Positions 9,187-19,279 of a DNA stretch of 54,546 nt are shown in pieces (within the stretch, counting starts at the first letter, position 1; each line of letters opens with the position of its first letter). Origin of the DNA: a virus (Duplodnaviria > Caudoviricetes); the IMG/VR virus record IMGVR_UViG_3300043015_001816, positions 1-54,546 of that record; one strand, 5' to 3'. Position numbers and translations under genes: made by a program. The notes beneath the pieces were generated by a model. That model ran no database searches. It was not told where the DNA came from and saw nothing but the letters and a program-made list of their open reading frames with translations.

Positions 9187-9939
9187 ATGCCTAGAAAAAA
9201 CCCAGCTTCCTCTTGGGAGCTAAAAGACAGAATTTATATTCTTAAAGGAGGATTGACTCCTGTGAACTACATATTGCGTTCACGACATCATCTAAACAAA
9301 CCCCTACAATATTTTGATGGAGCTAGAAGCAGATCTTTAAGATATGCATCAAACCAAGTTTCAATATTTGAAGATGAGCAAATGGGGGATGTAACACTTC
9401 CAGCTGTAATCTTTAAAGACGGAAAGCTTATTGTTCCAAAAGAAAATACTCTTTTGCAGCAATTTTTATCTATATATCATCCTGACCTTAATAAGGTGTA
9501 CATGGAGTTTGATGCAAACAGAGAAGCTGAATCAGAAGTTAAAACTGTAGAGCAAGAACTAGAAGCAATGAACATAGCTAAAGATCTTCCTATAGAAGAT
9601 TTAGAAGCTATCGCTAGAGTTGTTTTGAAGGGAAGAGTATCTGACATGGCCTCAAACGAAATAAGAAGAGACATGCTTATATACGCTAGAAGAAACCCTA
9701 AAGAGTTTATTGATTTAACTAAGGACGAAAACATTAACTTAAGAAACATAGCGGTCCGATCTGTTGAGATGGGAATCTTATTTATTAAGGATGATCAAAG
9801 AACAGTTTGCTGGAACGATGGCAAAAAAGAAAAGATTATTACTGTTCCTTATGGAGAAAATGTATATAGCGCATTAGCTGTTTACTTTAAAACAGACGAG
9901 GGACTAGATGTACTTCAGGCCATAAACAACAAGCTATAG
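9187..9939 (+). CDS. Conserved virion-associated protein
   Basis: 250-aa ORF after capsid gene; RSLRYASNQ motif. Confidence 0.6.
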   Translation: MPRKNPASSWELKDRIYILKGGLTPVNYILRSRHHLNKPLQYFDGARSRSLRYASNQVSIFEDEQMGDVTLPAVIFKDGKLIVPKENTLLQQFLSIYHPDLNKVYMEFDANREAESEVKTVEQELEAMNIAKDLPIEDLEAIARVVLKGRVSDMASNEIRRDMLIYARRNPKEFIDLTKDENINLRNIAVRSVEMGILFIKDDQRTVCWNDGKKEKIITVPYGENVYSALAVYFKTDEGLDVLQAINNKL

Positions 9940-9969
9940 TAAATCCACCTAAACTGTAGCTGAAATGAA

Positions 9970-9999
9970 GGGGTCGAAAATATCGACCTCTTTTTTTTT
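9970..9999 (+). terminator. Intrinsic terminator
   Basis: ggggtcga-aaata-tcgacctc followed by T9. Confidence 0.85.
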
Positions 10000-10001
10000 C
10001 G

Positions 10002-10009
10002 TACATTTG
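10002..10009 (+). promoter_or_regulatory. -7 promoter element of tail operon (possibly leaderless mRNA)
   Basis: TACATTTG lies 4 nt before ATG 10014, directly after the terminator. Confidence 0.6.
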
Positions 10010-10013
10010 TATC

Positions 10014-10700
10014 ATGATAAATCATGTAAGAAATACTGTTTTAACTGTTCTCAATAAGGAGAATAGAGGCTTCATTACGCCTCAACAATTTAACTCGTAC
10101 GCTAAACATGCGCAACAATTGTTGTTTAATCAAAAGGTTTCTGAGTACTCAAGGATGGTGGCTCAAAGAAATTCGAGGATGATTTCTACAGACTTTATGG
10201 ATCGAGTGGATATTTTAAAATCTGCCTTAGAAGCGTTTACTGTAGAGGAGACTGTTACAAAATCTATTGATAGATATGCAAAGCCATCAAGCATTCAGCA
10301 TTTAGTGGCTATTAGATACAACAACAAAGATGTCGAACAAGTGTCGAGAGATAAGGAAAGATATTTAGTTGGTTCAAACCTTACCGATCCAACAGAGAAT
10401 TACCCAGTGTTTGTTGATAGGGGTAGCGATATTATTGTTTACCCAACAACACTTGCTCAAAATGTAGATTTTATATTTATTAGAAATCCAAAAGATCCTA
10501 AATGGACCTATAATACTGTTGGAGAGAATCCAATATTTAATATTAACGCACCTGACTATCAAGATTTTGAACTAGATGAAGATGAGTCTGTAAACTTGAT
10601 TGTAGAGATATTGAAACTGACTGGTGTTACGATTAGAGAATCAGAAGTAACGCAAGCGGCTACAACTATCGACCAGGTAAATACAAGCAAAGAAGCATAA
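10014..10700 (+). CDS. Tail ring/tubular (adaptor) protein
   Basis: LNKENRGFITPQQFN and PKDPKWTY motifs; position upstream of tail genes. Confidence 0.7.
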   Translation: MINHVRNTVLTVLNKENRGFITPQQFNSYAKHAQQLLFNQKVSEYSRMVAQRNSRMISTDFMDRVDILKSALEAFTVEETVTKSIDRYAKPSSIQHLVAIRYNNKDVEQVSRDKERYLVGSNLTDPTENYPVFVDRGSDIIVYPTTLAQNVDFIFIRNPKDPKWTYNTVGENPIFNINAPDYQDFELDEDESVNLIVEILKLTGVTIRESEVTQAATTIDQVNTSKEA

Positions 10701-10701
10701 G

Positions 10702-11559
10702 ATGGCCTTAACTGATCAACAATATTATTCCTCGGCAGACAATTATGGTGGCTCACAATTTGTGTCTCTTAAAAATATTATAAACAACTTCTATCTGTTT
10801 TATGTAGGAGATGAAAAGTTAATTAATAATGTTAGTAGGTTTGATGTTGTCTTTCATGCTAAAAGGGCTGTTCAAGAATTAAACTATGATGCCCTAAGAA
10901 ATGTAAAAGCATTAGAGCTGGAGCTTCCAAATACTTTGCAGCTTGTTCTTCCAAAAGATTTCGTTAATCTAGTTAGATTGTCTTGGGTAGATGAAAGGGG
11001 AAGGTTGCATCCTTTAATGGTTGACAACAACACTACAATCGCTAAAGCATATCTTCAAGATAATAACTATAACATTTTGTTTGATAGTAATGGGGTAGCC
11101 CTAGAGGGAAATTCTTATATAGAGGATAAGCTATCTCAAATTGAAAATACAACTCAAGATGCGGTATCATCTTTAAGTGATGAGTTTTTTGGAGGAAGGT
11201 TTGGATTGGATCCTTCAATATCTAATGTTAATGGAAGATACAATATAGACAAAGCAGCTGGTGTTATAAGGTTTAGCTCTGAAGTAAAAGGCAAATATGT
11301 TGTTATTGAATATATAACAGATGGATTGGATTATTTAACTGAAGATGAAATACAGATAAACAAGCTGGCAGAAGACTACATGTATAAGCAAATAGCATAC
11401 GAAGTTATCAAGCATAAGTTTAATATTCAAGAATACGTTGTTCGTAGAATTAAAAACGAAGCGTATGCTTCGATGAAAAACATGAAAATCCGTTTAATGG
11501 ACATCCATCCTTTCGATTTAATTCAAACATTGAAGGGAAGAAACAAATGGATTAAATAA
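10702..11559 (+). CDS. Second tail ring/structural protein
   Basis: DVVFHAKRAVQELNYD, LPKDFVN and EYITDG motifs; directly upstream of the muzzle gene. Confidence 0.7.
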   Translation: MALTDQQYYSSADNYGGSQFVSLKNIINNFYLFYVGDEKLINNVSRFDVVFHAKRAVQELNYDALRNVKALELELPNTLQLVLPKDFVNLVRLSWVDERGRLHPLMVDNNTTIAKAYLQDNNYNILFDSNGVALEGNSYIEDKLSQIENTTQDAVSSLSDEFFGGRFGLDPSISNVNGRYNIDKAAGVIRFSSEVKGKYVVIEYITDGLDYLTEDEIQINKLAEDYMYKQIAYEVIKHKFNIQEYVVRRIKNEAYASMKNMKIRLMDIHPFDLIQTLKGRNKWIK

Positions 11560-14500
11560 TGAAGTTTAAAAATATCTTTAGTTCTGGAAAAATGAACAAA
11601 GACCTCGATGAACGACTTGTTCAGAAGGGTGAGTATCGTGATGCATTAAATCTTAAAGTTTCTAATTCAACTGGATCCGACGTAGGGTCTGTTGAAAATG
11701 AAATGTCCAATGCTGTGCTCACAAATCTTAATATGGGCACCAATGCTGTATGTATAGGTTCAGTTGCAGATGATGCAAACAATATGATATATTGGTTTGT
11801 TAGATCAGAAACGGGAAGTTATATATGTGAGTATGATGTTGACAATGATTCTTCAGAATTTGTTTTACTTGACACTAGGACTGGAAAGAACAATGTTCTA
11901 AACTTTACAAAGACAAACTTTATTGAGGGTAATGTTTTAATAGACATAGATAATAATAAAAAGTTTTTGTTTTTTACGGATGGCATTAACCCGCCGAGAA
12001 GAATTGAAGTAAACTCTGCAAAACTTATAGATGGGAATGATTTTGACAAATATGATATAGATGTTGTTCAGAAGCCGCCCTTATACCCTCCGTCGATAAC
12101 ACTACAATCAGCGTCTAATGCAGAGAATAGTATAGAGGAAAGGTTCTTATATTTTTCATATCGCTATAAATATAAGCATGGTGAATATTCAGCCATATCT
12201 CCTTTTTCAGAGCCTGCGTTTTTTCCAAAAACTTTTTCAATAGACTTTACCTCTGGGCTAAACAAATCCATGGTAAACAATTATGGGAGCGTCGATGTTT
12301 CATTTGACACTGGAGCAAAGAATGTTACAGATGTTGAAATAATATTCAAGGAGAGTAATTCAAGTACTCTGTATGTTGCAGAATCTTTTAACAAAGAGGA
12401 TAAGAGCTGGTCAAACAGTCAAACACAAACATTTACTTTTGATAATTCAAAAATATACAAAGTCCTTCCAGAGAAAGAGCTTCTTAGGGTTTATGATAAT
12501 GTTCCTTTAAAAGCTAAAACTCAACAACTAATAGGCAATAGAATTGTTTATGGCAACTATGTTGAGAACTTTAATCTAGTTAATGCTAATGGAGAAAATA
12601 TAAAGCCTAACATTTCTGCCGCTCTATCTGCAAGCACAATAACTTCAGCTCCAGTAAAAAGTGTTAAGTCAAACAAAGACTATGAGATTGGTCTGGTTTA
12701 TTTAGATGATTATGGCAGATCAACAACTGTTGTAACTTCAGAGGGAAATTCTGTAAACGTTCCTTTGGGTAGTCAAAAACTACAAAATGAACTAACAATT
12801 ACTATCGACCACTTCCCCCCAGCTTTTGCAAAAAAGTATAGGGTTTATGTGAAGCAAAGTAAGGGTGATTATGAATCAATATCTCCTGCTATATTCTATG
12901 AAGAAGAAGAGACTGGATATGTTTATGTTCAGTTAAATGGAAATGATAAGAATAAAATTAAAGAAGGCGATTTCTTAGTTGTTAAAGCAGACAGTAGGGG
13001 AGCTAAAACTGGTCTTATTGAAACTCAAGTTTTAGAAATTAAGGAATACAATGTTAACTTTTTAGAAGACAGTACATATCCAGGAGCGGGGGACCCTCCA
13101 ATTGCACAACAAGCTGGACTATATGCTAAGTTTAAGCCAAGTGGATATAGTCTCTCTACCTCTGATTACGATAGAACAGAGCATACAGACTACGATGATT
13201 CAAGTAACGGAAGGGACAATCCATTAGGCATAAGCTTTTCGTCTTCTTCTGTTGAAGGTCCGTTTTATTATGGAACAAATGGAAGTGTTACCGATGTTAC
13301 TATTGGTGGGACATATAATATAGCACAGGAATTTGCAAGAGTAAGAATAGAAATTGACGGAATAAATGTTGATGTAAACGGAGACGGGTCATTGATTGTG
13401 GATACTTTCCAATGGTCGGTTGATACATTAGACAATGATGCCACAAACACTTTAAATGCGACTGGAATTACAATAACTCCGGGAACGCCAATTGCTTTGA
13501 CTGGATCTGGATTAACTATAGATTTTGCTGCTGCAACTGGACATACGCTTGGAGACAGATGGATGTTTAATGCAAGACCATCTTCTGTTACCAATAAATA
13601 TACAGGGTTAAGATTTAGTAAGGCATTTTCTACATTTAGAAGCTTCAGTAAAGAAGAAGAGGAAATTAATCTTGGAACGATAATAAACATAACCTATGAC
13701 GAATATAATAGGGCAAATCAGTATGTTACACACGAATTTGTTTCAAATCAACGATACGAAAACTTAGAAGAATGGTACCATGAAAGTGGGGCTAAAGCTA
13801 CAATAGGAAATGATATCACAGAGGAAAGAATATTCTTTCTTAGAGGAACATACGGAGATGTTCAGTCAAACATAACCGGAGATCCTAACGACGATCTTTT
13901 AATGATCATTAGATCTAACTTCACACAAGAAGGTGATGCATCAAAAAGAGTTAAGGTTAACAATAATATAGTTTTGTTGTCTAGAACTAGTGACGACATA
14001 ATTAATTTTGAAACTAAACCAGAAAATATAAATTCAGAAATATTCTACGAGCTACCAGCAACGTATGAAATAAATAGTCAGGGATACCACGATGTTCCTG
14101 GAGGTGGAACTGCTCAGACTGATAGCAACGCAGCTACATTCACTATACCTTTCTTTAATTGTTTTTCTTGGGGCAACTGTGTTGAGTCGTATAAAATAAA
14201 AGATGACTTTAATGCTAAGTATTTTGAGCCAGAAAATAGGCCCTCTTCGAATTTAAAAGATTATAAGCAGAACAATAGGACCACATCATTGACTTACAGC
14301 AATGTCTATGATCAAACAACTAAGTATAATGGGCTAAATGAATTTAACCTTTCAACTGTCAATTACAAAGATATGGATGACTTCTATGGAAGCATCAATA
14401 AGATTGTAGGAAGAGAGGCTGACTTAGTTGTATTCCAGGAGAATAGGGTTTCTAAATTATTATTCAACAAGAATGTTCTTTTCAATGCTGACGGAAGTGG

Positions 14501-17500
14501 AAATGTTGCTGCATCAACAGATATATTAGGGCAGGTTTTACCATATCTTGGAGAGTATGGAATCACTGCAAATCCTTTTTCTGTGGTAATATGGGGAGGG
14601 AGAATATATTTTGTAGACGAAAGAAGGAGAGTTGTATGTCGATTGTCACAAGATGGAATTACTCAGATCTCTGATTATGGAATGATAGACTGGTTTGGTG
14701 ACAACTTAAAGATTACTCCAGATGTGATAGGCGGATACGATCCAATGGATAGAACTTATTCCATAGCACTTAGAGGAAGCCAAGAAGAGTGGAGAGAAGA
14801 TGAAGTTGAATGTGAAATATTGTACGACAGCACTGACACTGATAGCGACGGAACAGTTGACTCTATTGACACAGATGATGATGACGATATCGTTCCAGAT
14901 GTTAATGACGCATTCCCATTAGACTCAACAGAAGCAACTGACACGGATGGCGATGGAGTCGGGGACAACACAGATACTGACGACGATGGAGATGGAGTGC
15001 CAGATGCAAACGATGCATTCCCCCTAGATGAAACTGAATCTGTTGATACAGATGGAGACGGCATCGGCGATAACGCCGACACTGACGATGACGGGGATGG
15101 AGTACCAGATATTGATGAGGGAGACATGGATAGTGACGGAATAGATGACAACAACGACACCGACACTGATGGGGATGGAACATTAAACGTTGATGATTTA
15201 GACGATGACAATGACGGAGTTCCCGATGTAAGTGATGCATTCCCAACAGATCCAGACGAAACATTAGATACCGACGAAGATGGAATTGGCAATAATACAG
15301 ACACCGACGATGACGATGACGGTGTTCTTGATGTTAAAGATGACTTCCCCTTAGATCCCAATGAAAATACTGACACCGATGATGATGGCATAGGTGACAA
15401 TGCTGATCCAGATGATGACGGGGATGGAGTACCAGATATTGACGATGTGTTTCCTCTTGATTCTACAGAAGATACGGATACCGATAACGATGGTCTAGGA
15501 GATAATATAGATCCAGATGATGACGGAGATGGAATAGCTGATGTTAATGAGGGAGATACAGATGGAGACGGGACTCCAGACGATACGGATACAGATGATG
15601 ATAACGATGGAGTCCTTGACATAAACGACGACTTCCCATTAGATTCCTCTGAAACCACCGATACGGATGGTGATGGCATAGGGGATAATGCGGATACAGA
15701 TGACGATGGTGATGGTGTGCCAGATGTCAACGATGCGTTCCCATTAGACTCAACCGAAACAGTAGATACTGACAGTGACGGCATTGGCAATAATTCTGAT
15801 ACGGATGATGATAACGATGGAGTTCTGGATGTTGATGACGCATTTCCTTTAGATTCTTCAGAAACCACTGACACGGACGGAGATGGAACTGGCGATAACG
15901 CTGACACAGATGATGATAACGATGGAATATTAGACGTTGATGATGCGTTTCCTTTAGATCCAACAGACACAATTGATACTGATGGCGATGGTGTGGGTAA
16001 CAATACCGATACCGATGACGATGGAGACGGAGTTCTTGATGTAGATGATGATTTCCCACTAGACCCAACAGAGACAACCGACACTGATGGCGATGGTATT
16101 GGAGATAACACTGATACTGATGATGATAACGATGGAGTTCTTGATGTAGATGATGCGTTCCCGCTTGATGCAACGGAGACAGCTGACACAGATGGGGATG
16201 GAATAGGGAATAACACAGATACGGATGACGATGGCGATGGCGCATTAGACGTTGATGATGCGTTTCCTCTTGATGCTACAGAAAGTGTAGATACAGACGG
16301 GGACGGAACTGGAAATAATGCAGACACAGACGACGATAATGATGGAGTGTTAGACGTTGATGATGCATTTCCATTAGACGCTAGTGAATCGGTAGATACT
16401 GATGGCGATGGTATTGGAGATAACACTGATACTGACGATGATGGCGATGGCGTATTAGACACAGAAGACGCCGATCCATTGGACGCTAATGTAACTAAAA
16501 TCTCCCCAACAATAACATTTAATAATCAAACAGTAACTTACGGAGACTCTGACTTTGTAGTTAGTGCCTCATCTAATTCGGCAGGAGCTATAACTTATTC
16601 TTCTTCGGATACAGGGGTGGCTACCATATCTGGAGACATTGTAGCAATACAAGGAGCCGGAAGCACCACTGTAACTGCAAATCAAGTTGCGGATGGAATA
16701 TATTTGTCTGGATCACAGACAATGACGCTTACAGTTCAAAAAGCAAGTCCGACTATTACATTCTCTAACCTTTCTGCTACTTATGGAGATCCAAATATTA
16801 CACTTACGGCAGCATCAAATAGCACCGGAGCTATAACATACTCCTCTTTAGATCCTTCTGTTTCAACAATTTCTGGAAACACACTTACAATACTAGGGGC
16901 TGGATCGGATACTGTAACAGCTTCTCAAGTGGCAGACTCTAATTATTTATCTGGTAGCAGAAGCGTAAATTTAACAGTTGCCAAGGCGTCTCCAACAATA
17001 GTTTTCCCTGACATTACATCTTACGCAAATAGTCCAGATTTTACATTAAGCCCAACGTCTAACAGTACAGGTGCTTTTACCTTTACGTCTTCAGATGTTT
17101 CTGTAGCTACAATATCTGGATCTACAGTAACTATGGTTGCTCAAGGAACTTCTACGTTAACAGCATCTCAAGCAGCTAATTCAAATTATCTTGCTGGGTC
17201 ACAGACCGCTTTGTTAACTGTAAATGCAGCCTCTGTGGACACAGACGGAGATGGTACGCCAGACATTACAGATACCGATGACGACAATGATGGAGTATTA
17301 GACGTCAACGATGCGTTCCCATTGGATGCAACAGAAAGTGTTGATACTGATGAAGATGGAATAGGCAATAATGCGGACACTGATGATGACGGAGATGGAG
17401 TTAGTGATTCACAGGAAGCCACAGATGGAACAGATCCGCTTGATGCAGATAGTGATGGAGACGGGATAGTAGATTCCGTTGATCCAGAGCCTCTAGTTTC

Positions 17501-19277
17501 TGCCAACAATAACGATAGAGATAGGTCTGGAGCAGGCAGAGGTTCATCTTGTCCTGAGCCAGAAAAATATATGTACATCGAAAACGTTAGACAATATAAT
17601 GCACTTGGCGGCGATAGCTATGGCATGGATGATTACAACGACAATTTACCATTCGAAACGTCTGATTCTGCGCTTTCAATTATTCCAAAAGCAAGTAGTG
17701 CCGTGACTACAGATAACACACCATACTTTCACACAAACAGGCTGGTTTCAAGTATTGATTTAACGGATGCAGTAAAGTTTTACGATGCGGTGAATAGACC
17801 CACCACTGGACTTATTCTGGAGGATGGTTATATAACAAAAGCAAGGGCTGTTGAGCTAGGATACACTATTGGCATACTGCCTAATAGAAACTCTAATGGT
17901 ATAGTAAGCGCAAAATCATTAACAAATCAATCAATTAACGACATACCAGACAATGCAATATTGATTTGTTACACAAACGACGTGATGCAACATCCTACTC
18001 AACCTTTCATTGTACCAAGGCATGAAGATAGTGCGGTGAGCCTTTGTGTTCCGATAGGTTTTAGGGAGGTTGACTTGCTGACTAAAGTAAACTCACGCAA
18101 GAGATTTAATGACATAAATGAAAGACACACACGTCGATGGCTTTTCTGGGATCAAGACTGTAATAATTCTAACTGGTATGAATTTGTAGGAACACCGACA
18201 TCTACACAGACAGGATGGGTTTTAACATATGAGAACCAAAGTTTGACATTCCCTCAAGTCACATCTTACACCGGGTCTGGGGGTACTGTCACATTTGGAA
18301 CAAAACATTCGGGTGGATCTGGAAATACCGTCCTTGTTCAAGATGGAGATGATGGGTTTGAAGTAAAAGCCGTTCAGGCTGGAATAAGTAAGATAGGGCC
18401 ATTATTTAGGCACTACGGCTTTCAACAAGAAACAATAAAGATGCATTCATACTACGACTCTTTAGAGCCAATAACAATAAATATAAAAAACTTAGATTAT
18501 GGAACAACATACAATTCGACTCCGACCTTAATTGCATCAGCCCTTAGCGGTGATATAAGTTCGGGCGTTTCTATAGATTCTAACGGAAATATAAATGTTA
18601 ATTCAATGGGTACGACAGTATACACTGGAGATTTAAATCACCCACAGTTTTCTGGAAGCGATCTATCTTTAACTAATCCCGTTGGAAAATTTGGTAGGCT
18701 AGGGATTTCCTTAAAAAGAACAAACACTACTACAGGACTGCAAGAAGACGCTCCATTTAAAGCGCAGTTTATAGCTCTAGACACAGGTGGAGATAGGGCC
18801 TTCCATATTGCGTCAACTGATGGTATTAATAACGTTAGTCCAACATACTTTTATGAAGTAGGAACAGGGACTCTGACTGCTCTCAACCATTATGTTACTA
18901 GGGCTAATTTACACTCAGCCCCAAGCACATTTGTTCCTTTAGACCAATGGAACGCCTACGCTAACGATTTAGTTTTTAGTAACAAATACGAGGGGATAGT
19001 ATTTGCTGATGGTAATAGTGTGTACGGTTCCGGCGCTCCTAATGCCAACACAAGAACAACAACATCAGGTTATAGCTCTACTTTAAGAGATATGTATTTT
19101 GTGCCAGTACGAGTGCAAGTCGATTTTAATCCCTACTATGGAATACTTATCATTCAGCCACAGGATGGAGACACGCCTAGTTCTCAAAGCTTCACAACAA
19201 GCGTATTCTTTGACGGAGAGGATATAAATAGTACTTATGAGACTGCGGTTGTAAAAAAACTAACCATAAATGTTTAG
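11559..19277 (+). CDS. Tail stabilisation/muzzle protein N-terminal part, fused to thrombospondin type-3 repeats, three Ig-like repeats and a unique C-terminal region
   Basis: N-terminal GKMNKDLDERL..GEYRDALN; FSYRYKY..GEYSAISPF; YSNVY..T..NGLNEFN; D-rich repeats begin near residue 1090. Confidence 0.8.
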   Translation: MKFKNIFSSGKMNKDLDERLVQKGEYRDALNLKVSNSTGSDVGSVENEMSNAVLTNLNMGTNAVCIGSVADDANNMIYWFVRSETGSYICEYDVDNDSSEFVLLDTRTGKNNVLNFTKTNFIEGNVLIDIDNNKKFLFFTDGINPPRRIEVNSAKLIDGNDFDKYDIDVVQKPPLYPPSITLQSASNAENSIEERFLYFSYRYKYKHGEYSAISPFSEPAFFPKTFSIDFTSGLNKSMVNNYGSVDVSFDTGAKNVTDVEIIFKESNSSTLYVAESFNKEDKSWSNSQTQTFTFDNSKIYKVLPEKELLRVYDNVPLKAKTQQLIGNRIVYGNYVENFNLVNANGENIKPNISAALSASTITSAPVKSVKSNKDYEIGLVYLDDYGRSTTVVTSEGNSVNVPLGSQKLQNELTITIDHFPPAFAKKYRVYVKQSKGDYESISPAIFYEEEETGYVYVQLNGNDKNKIKEGDFLVVKADSRGAKTGLIETQVLEIKEYNVNFLEDSTYPGAGDPPIAQQAGLYAKFKPSGYSLSTSDYDRTEHTDYDDSSNGRDNPLGISFSSSSVEGPFYYGTNGSVTDVTIGGTYNIAQEFARVRIEIDGINVDVNGDGSLIVDTFQWSVDTLDNDATNTLNATGITITPGTPIALTGSGLTIDFAAATGHTLGDRWMFNARPSSVTNKYTGLRFSKAFSTFRSFSKEEEEINLGTIINITYDEYNRANQYVTHEFVSNQRYENLEEWYHESGAKATIGNDITEERIFFLRGTYGDVQSNITGDPNDDLLMIIRSNFTQEGDASKRVKVNNNIVLLSRTSDDIINFETKPENINSEIFYELPATYEINSQGYHDVPGGGTAQTDSNAATFTIPFFNCFSWGNCVESYKIKDDFNAKYFEPENRPSSNLKDYKQNNRTTSLTYSNVYDQTTKYNGLNEFNLSTVNYKDMDDFYGSINKIVGREADLVVFQENRVSKLLFNKNVLFNADGSGNVAASTDILGQVLPYLGEYGITANPFSVVIWGGRIYFVDERRRVVCRLSQDGITQISDYGMIDWFGDNLKITPDVIGGYDPMDRTYSIALRGSQEEWREDEVECEILYDSTDTDSDGTVDSIDTDDDDDIVPDVNDAFPLDSTEATDTDGDGVGDNTDTDDDGDGVPDANDAFPLDETESVDTDGDGIGDNADTDDDGDGVPDIDEGDMDSDGIDDNNDTDTDGDGTLNVDDLDDDNDGVPDVSDAFPTDPDETLDTDEDGIGNNTDTDDDDDGVLDVKDDFPLDPNENTDTDDDGIGDNADPDDDGDGVPDIDDVFPLDSTEDTDTDNDGLGDNIDPDDDGDGIADVNEGDTDGDGTPDDTDTDDDNDGVLDINDDFPLDSSETTDTDGDGIGDNADTDDDGDGVPDVNDAFPLDSTETVDTDSDGIGNNSDTDDDNDGVLDVDDAFPLDSSETTDTDGDGTGDNADTDDDNDGILDVDDAFPLDPTDTIDTDGDGVGNNTDTDDDGDGVLDVDDDFPLDPTETTDTDGDGIGDNTDTDDDNDGVLDVDDAFPLDATETADTDGDGIGNNTDTDDDGDGALDVDDAFPLDATESVDTDGDGTGNNADTDDDNDGVLDVDDAFPLDASESVDTDGDGIGDNTDTDDDGDGVLDTEDADPLDANVTKISPTITFNNQTVTYGDSDFVVSASSNSAGAITYSSSDTGVATISGDIVAIQGAGSTTVTANQVADGIYLSGSQTMTLTVQKASPTITFSNLSATYGDPNITLTAASNSTGAITYSSLDPSVSTISGNTLTILGAGSDTVTASQVADSNYLSGSRSVNLTVAKASPTIVFPDITSYANSPDFTLSPTSNSTGAFTFTSSDVSVATISGSTVTMVAQGTSTLTASQAANSNYLAGSQTALLTVNAASVDTDGDGTPDITDTDDDNDGVLDVNDAFPLDATESVDTDEDGIGNNADTDDDGDGVSDSQEATDGTDPLDADSDGDGIVDSVDPEPLVSANNNDRDRSGAGRGSSCPEPEKYMYIENVRQYNALGGDSYGMDDYNDNLPFETSDSALSIIPKASSAVTTDNTPYFHTNRLVSSIDLTDAVKFYDAVNRPTTGLILEDGYITKARAVELGYTIGILPNRNSNGIVSAKSLTNQSINDIPDNAILICYTNDVMQHPTQPFIVPRHEDSAVSLCVPIGFREVDLLTKVNSRKRFNDINERHTRRWLFWDQDCNNSNWYEFVGTPTSTQTGWVLTYENQSLTFPQVTSYTGSGGTVTFGTKHSGGSGNTVLVQDGDDGFEVKAVQAGISKIGPLFRHYGFQQETIKMHSYYDSLEPITINIKNLDYGTTYNSTPTLIASALSGDISSGVSIDSNGNINVNSMGTTVYTGDLNHPQFSGSDLSLTNPVGKFGRLGISLKRTNTTTGLQEDAPFKAQFIALDTGGDRAFHIASTDGINNVSPTYFYEVGTGTLTALNHYVTRANLHSAPSTFVPLDQWNAYANDLVFSNKYEGIVFADGNSVYGSGAPNANTRTTTSGYSSTLRDMYFVPVRVQVDFNPYYGILIIQPQDGDTPSSQSFTTSVFFDGEDINSTYETAVVKKLTINV
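14835..16487 (+). repeat. Thrombospondin type-3-like Ca-binding repeat array (36-aa/108-bp unit)
   Basis: DTDGDGIGDNADTDDDNDGVLDVDDAFPLDxxE units; 13 FP-containing copies plus shorter variants. Confidence 0.9.
16497..17225 (+). repeat. Three tandem ~80-aa Ig-like (Big_2-type) repeats
   Basis: KxSPTIxF...SNSxGAxTxxSxDxxVxTISG...GxxTxTAxQ repeated three times. Confidence 0.8.
17238..17489 (+). repeat. Second short thrombospondin type-3 block
   Basis: DTDGDGTPD...DAFPLD...DGTDPLDADSDGDG. Confidence 0.8.
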
Positions 19278-19279
19278 CC

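Noticed and set aside
14756-16462. 568-aa Ser/Pro-rich minus-strand ORF and His-rich ORFs at 14902 and 15727
   Set aside because: Antisense shadows of the GAT/GAC-rich thrombospondin repeats; no expression signals.
14835-16487. Regularly spaced repeats as a CRISPR array or DGR template
   Set aside because: In-frame protein repeats with synonymous variation; no unique spacers, cas genes or reverse transcriptase.
14817-19277. Muzzle insert as an intein or intron
   Set aside because: No Hint-domain or His-Asn splice motifs and no group I/II features; the insert ends in a stop codon.
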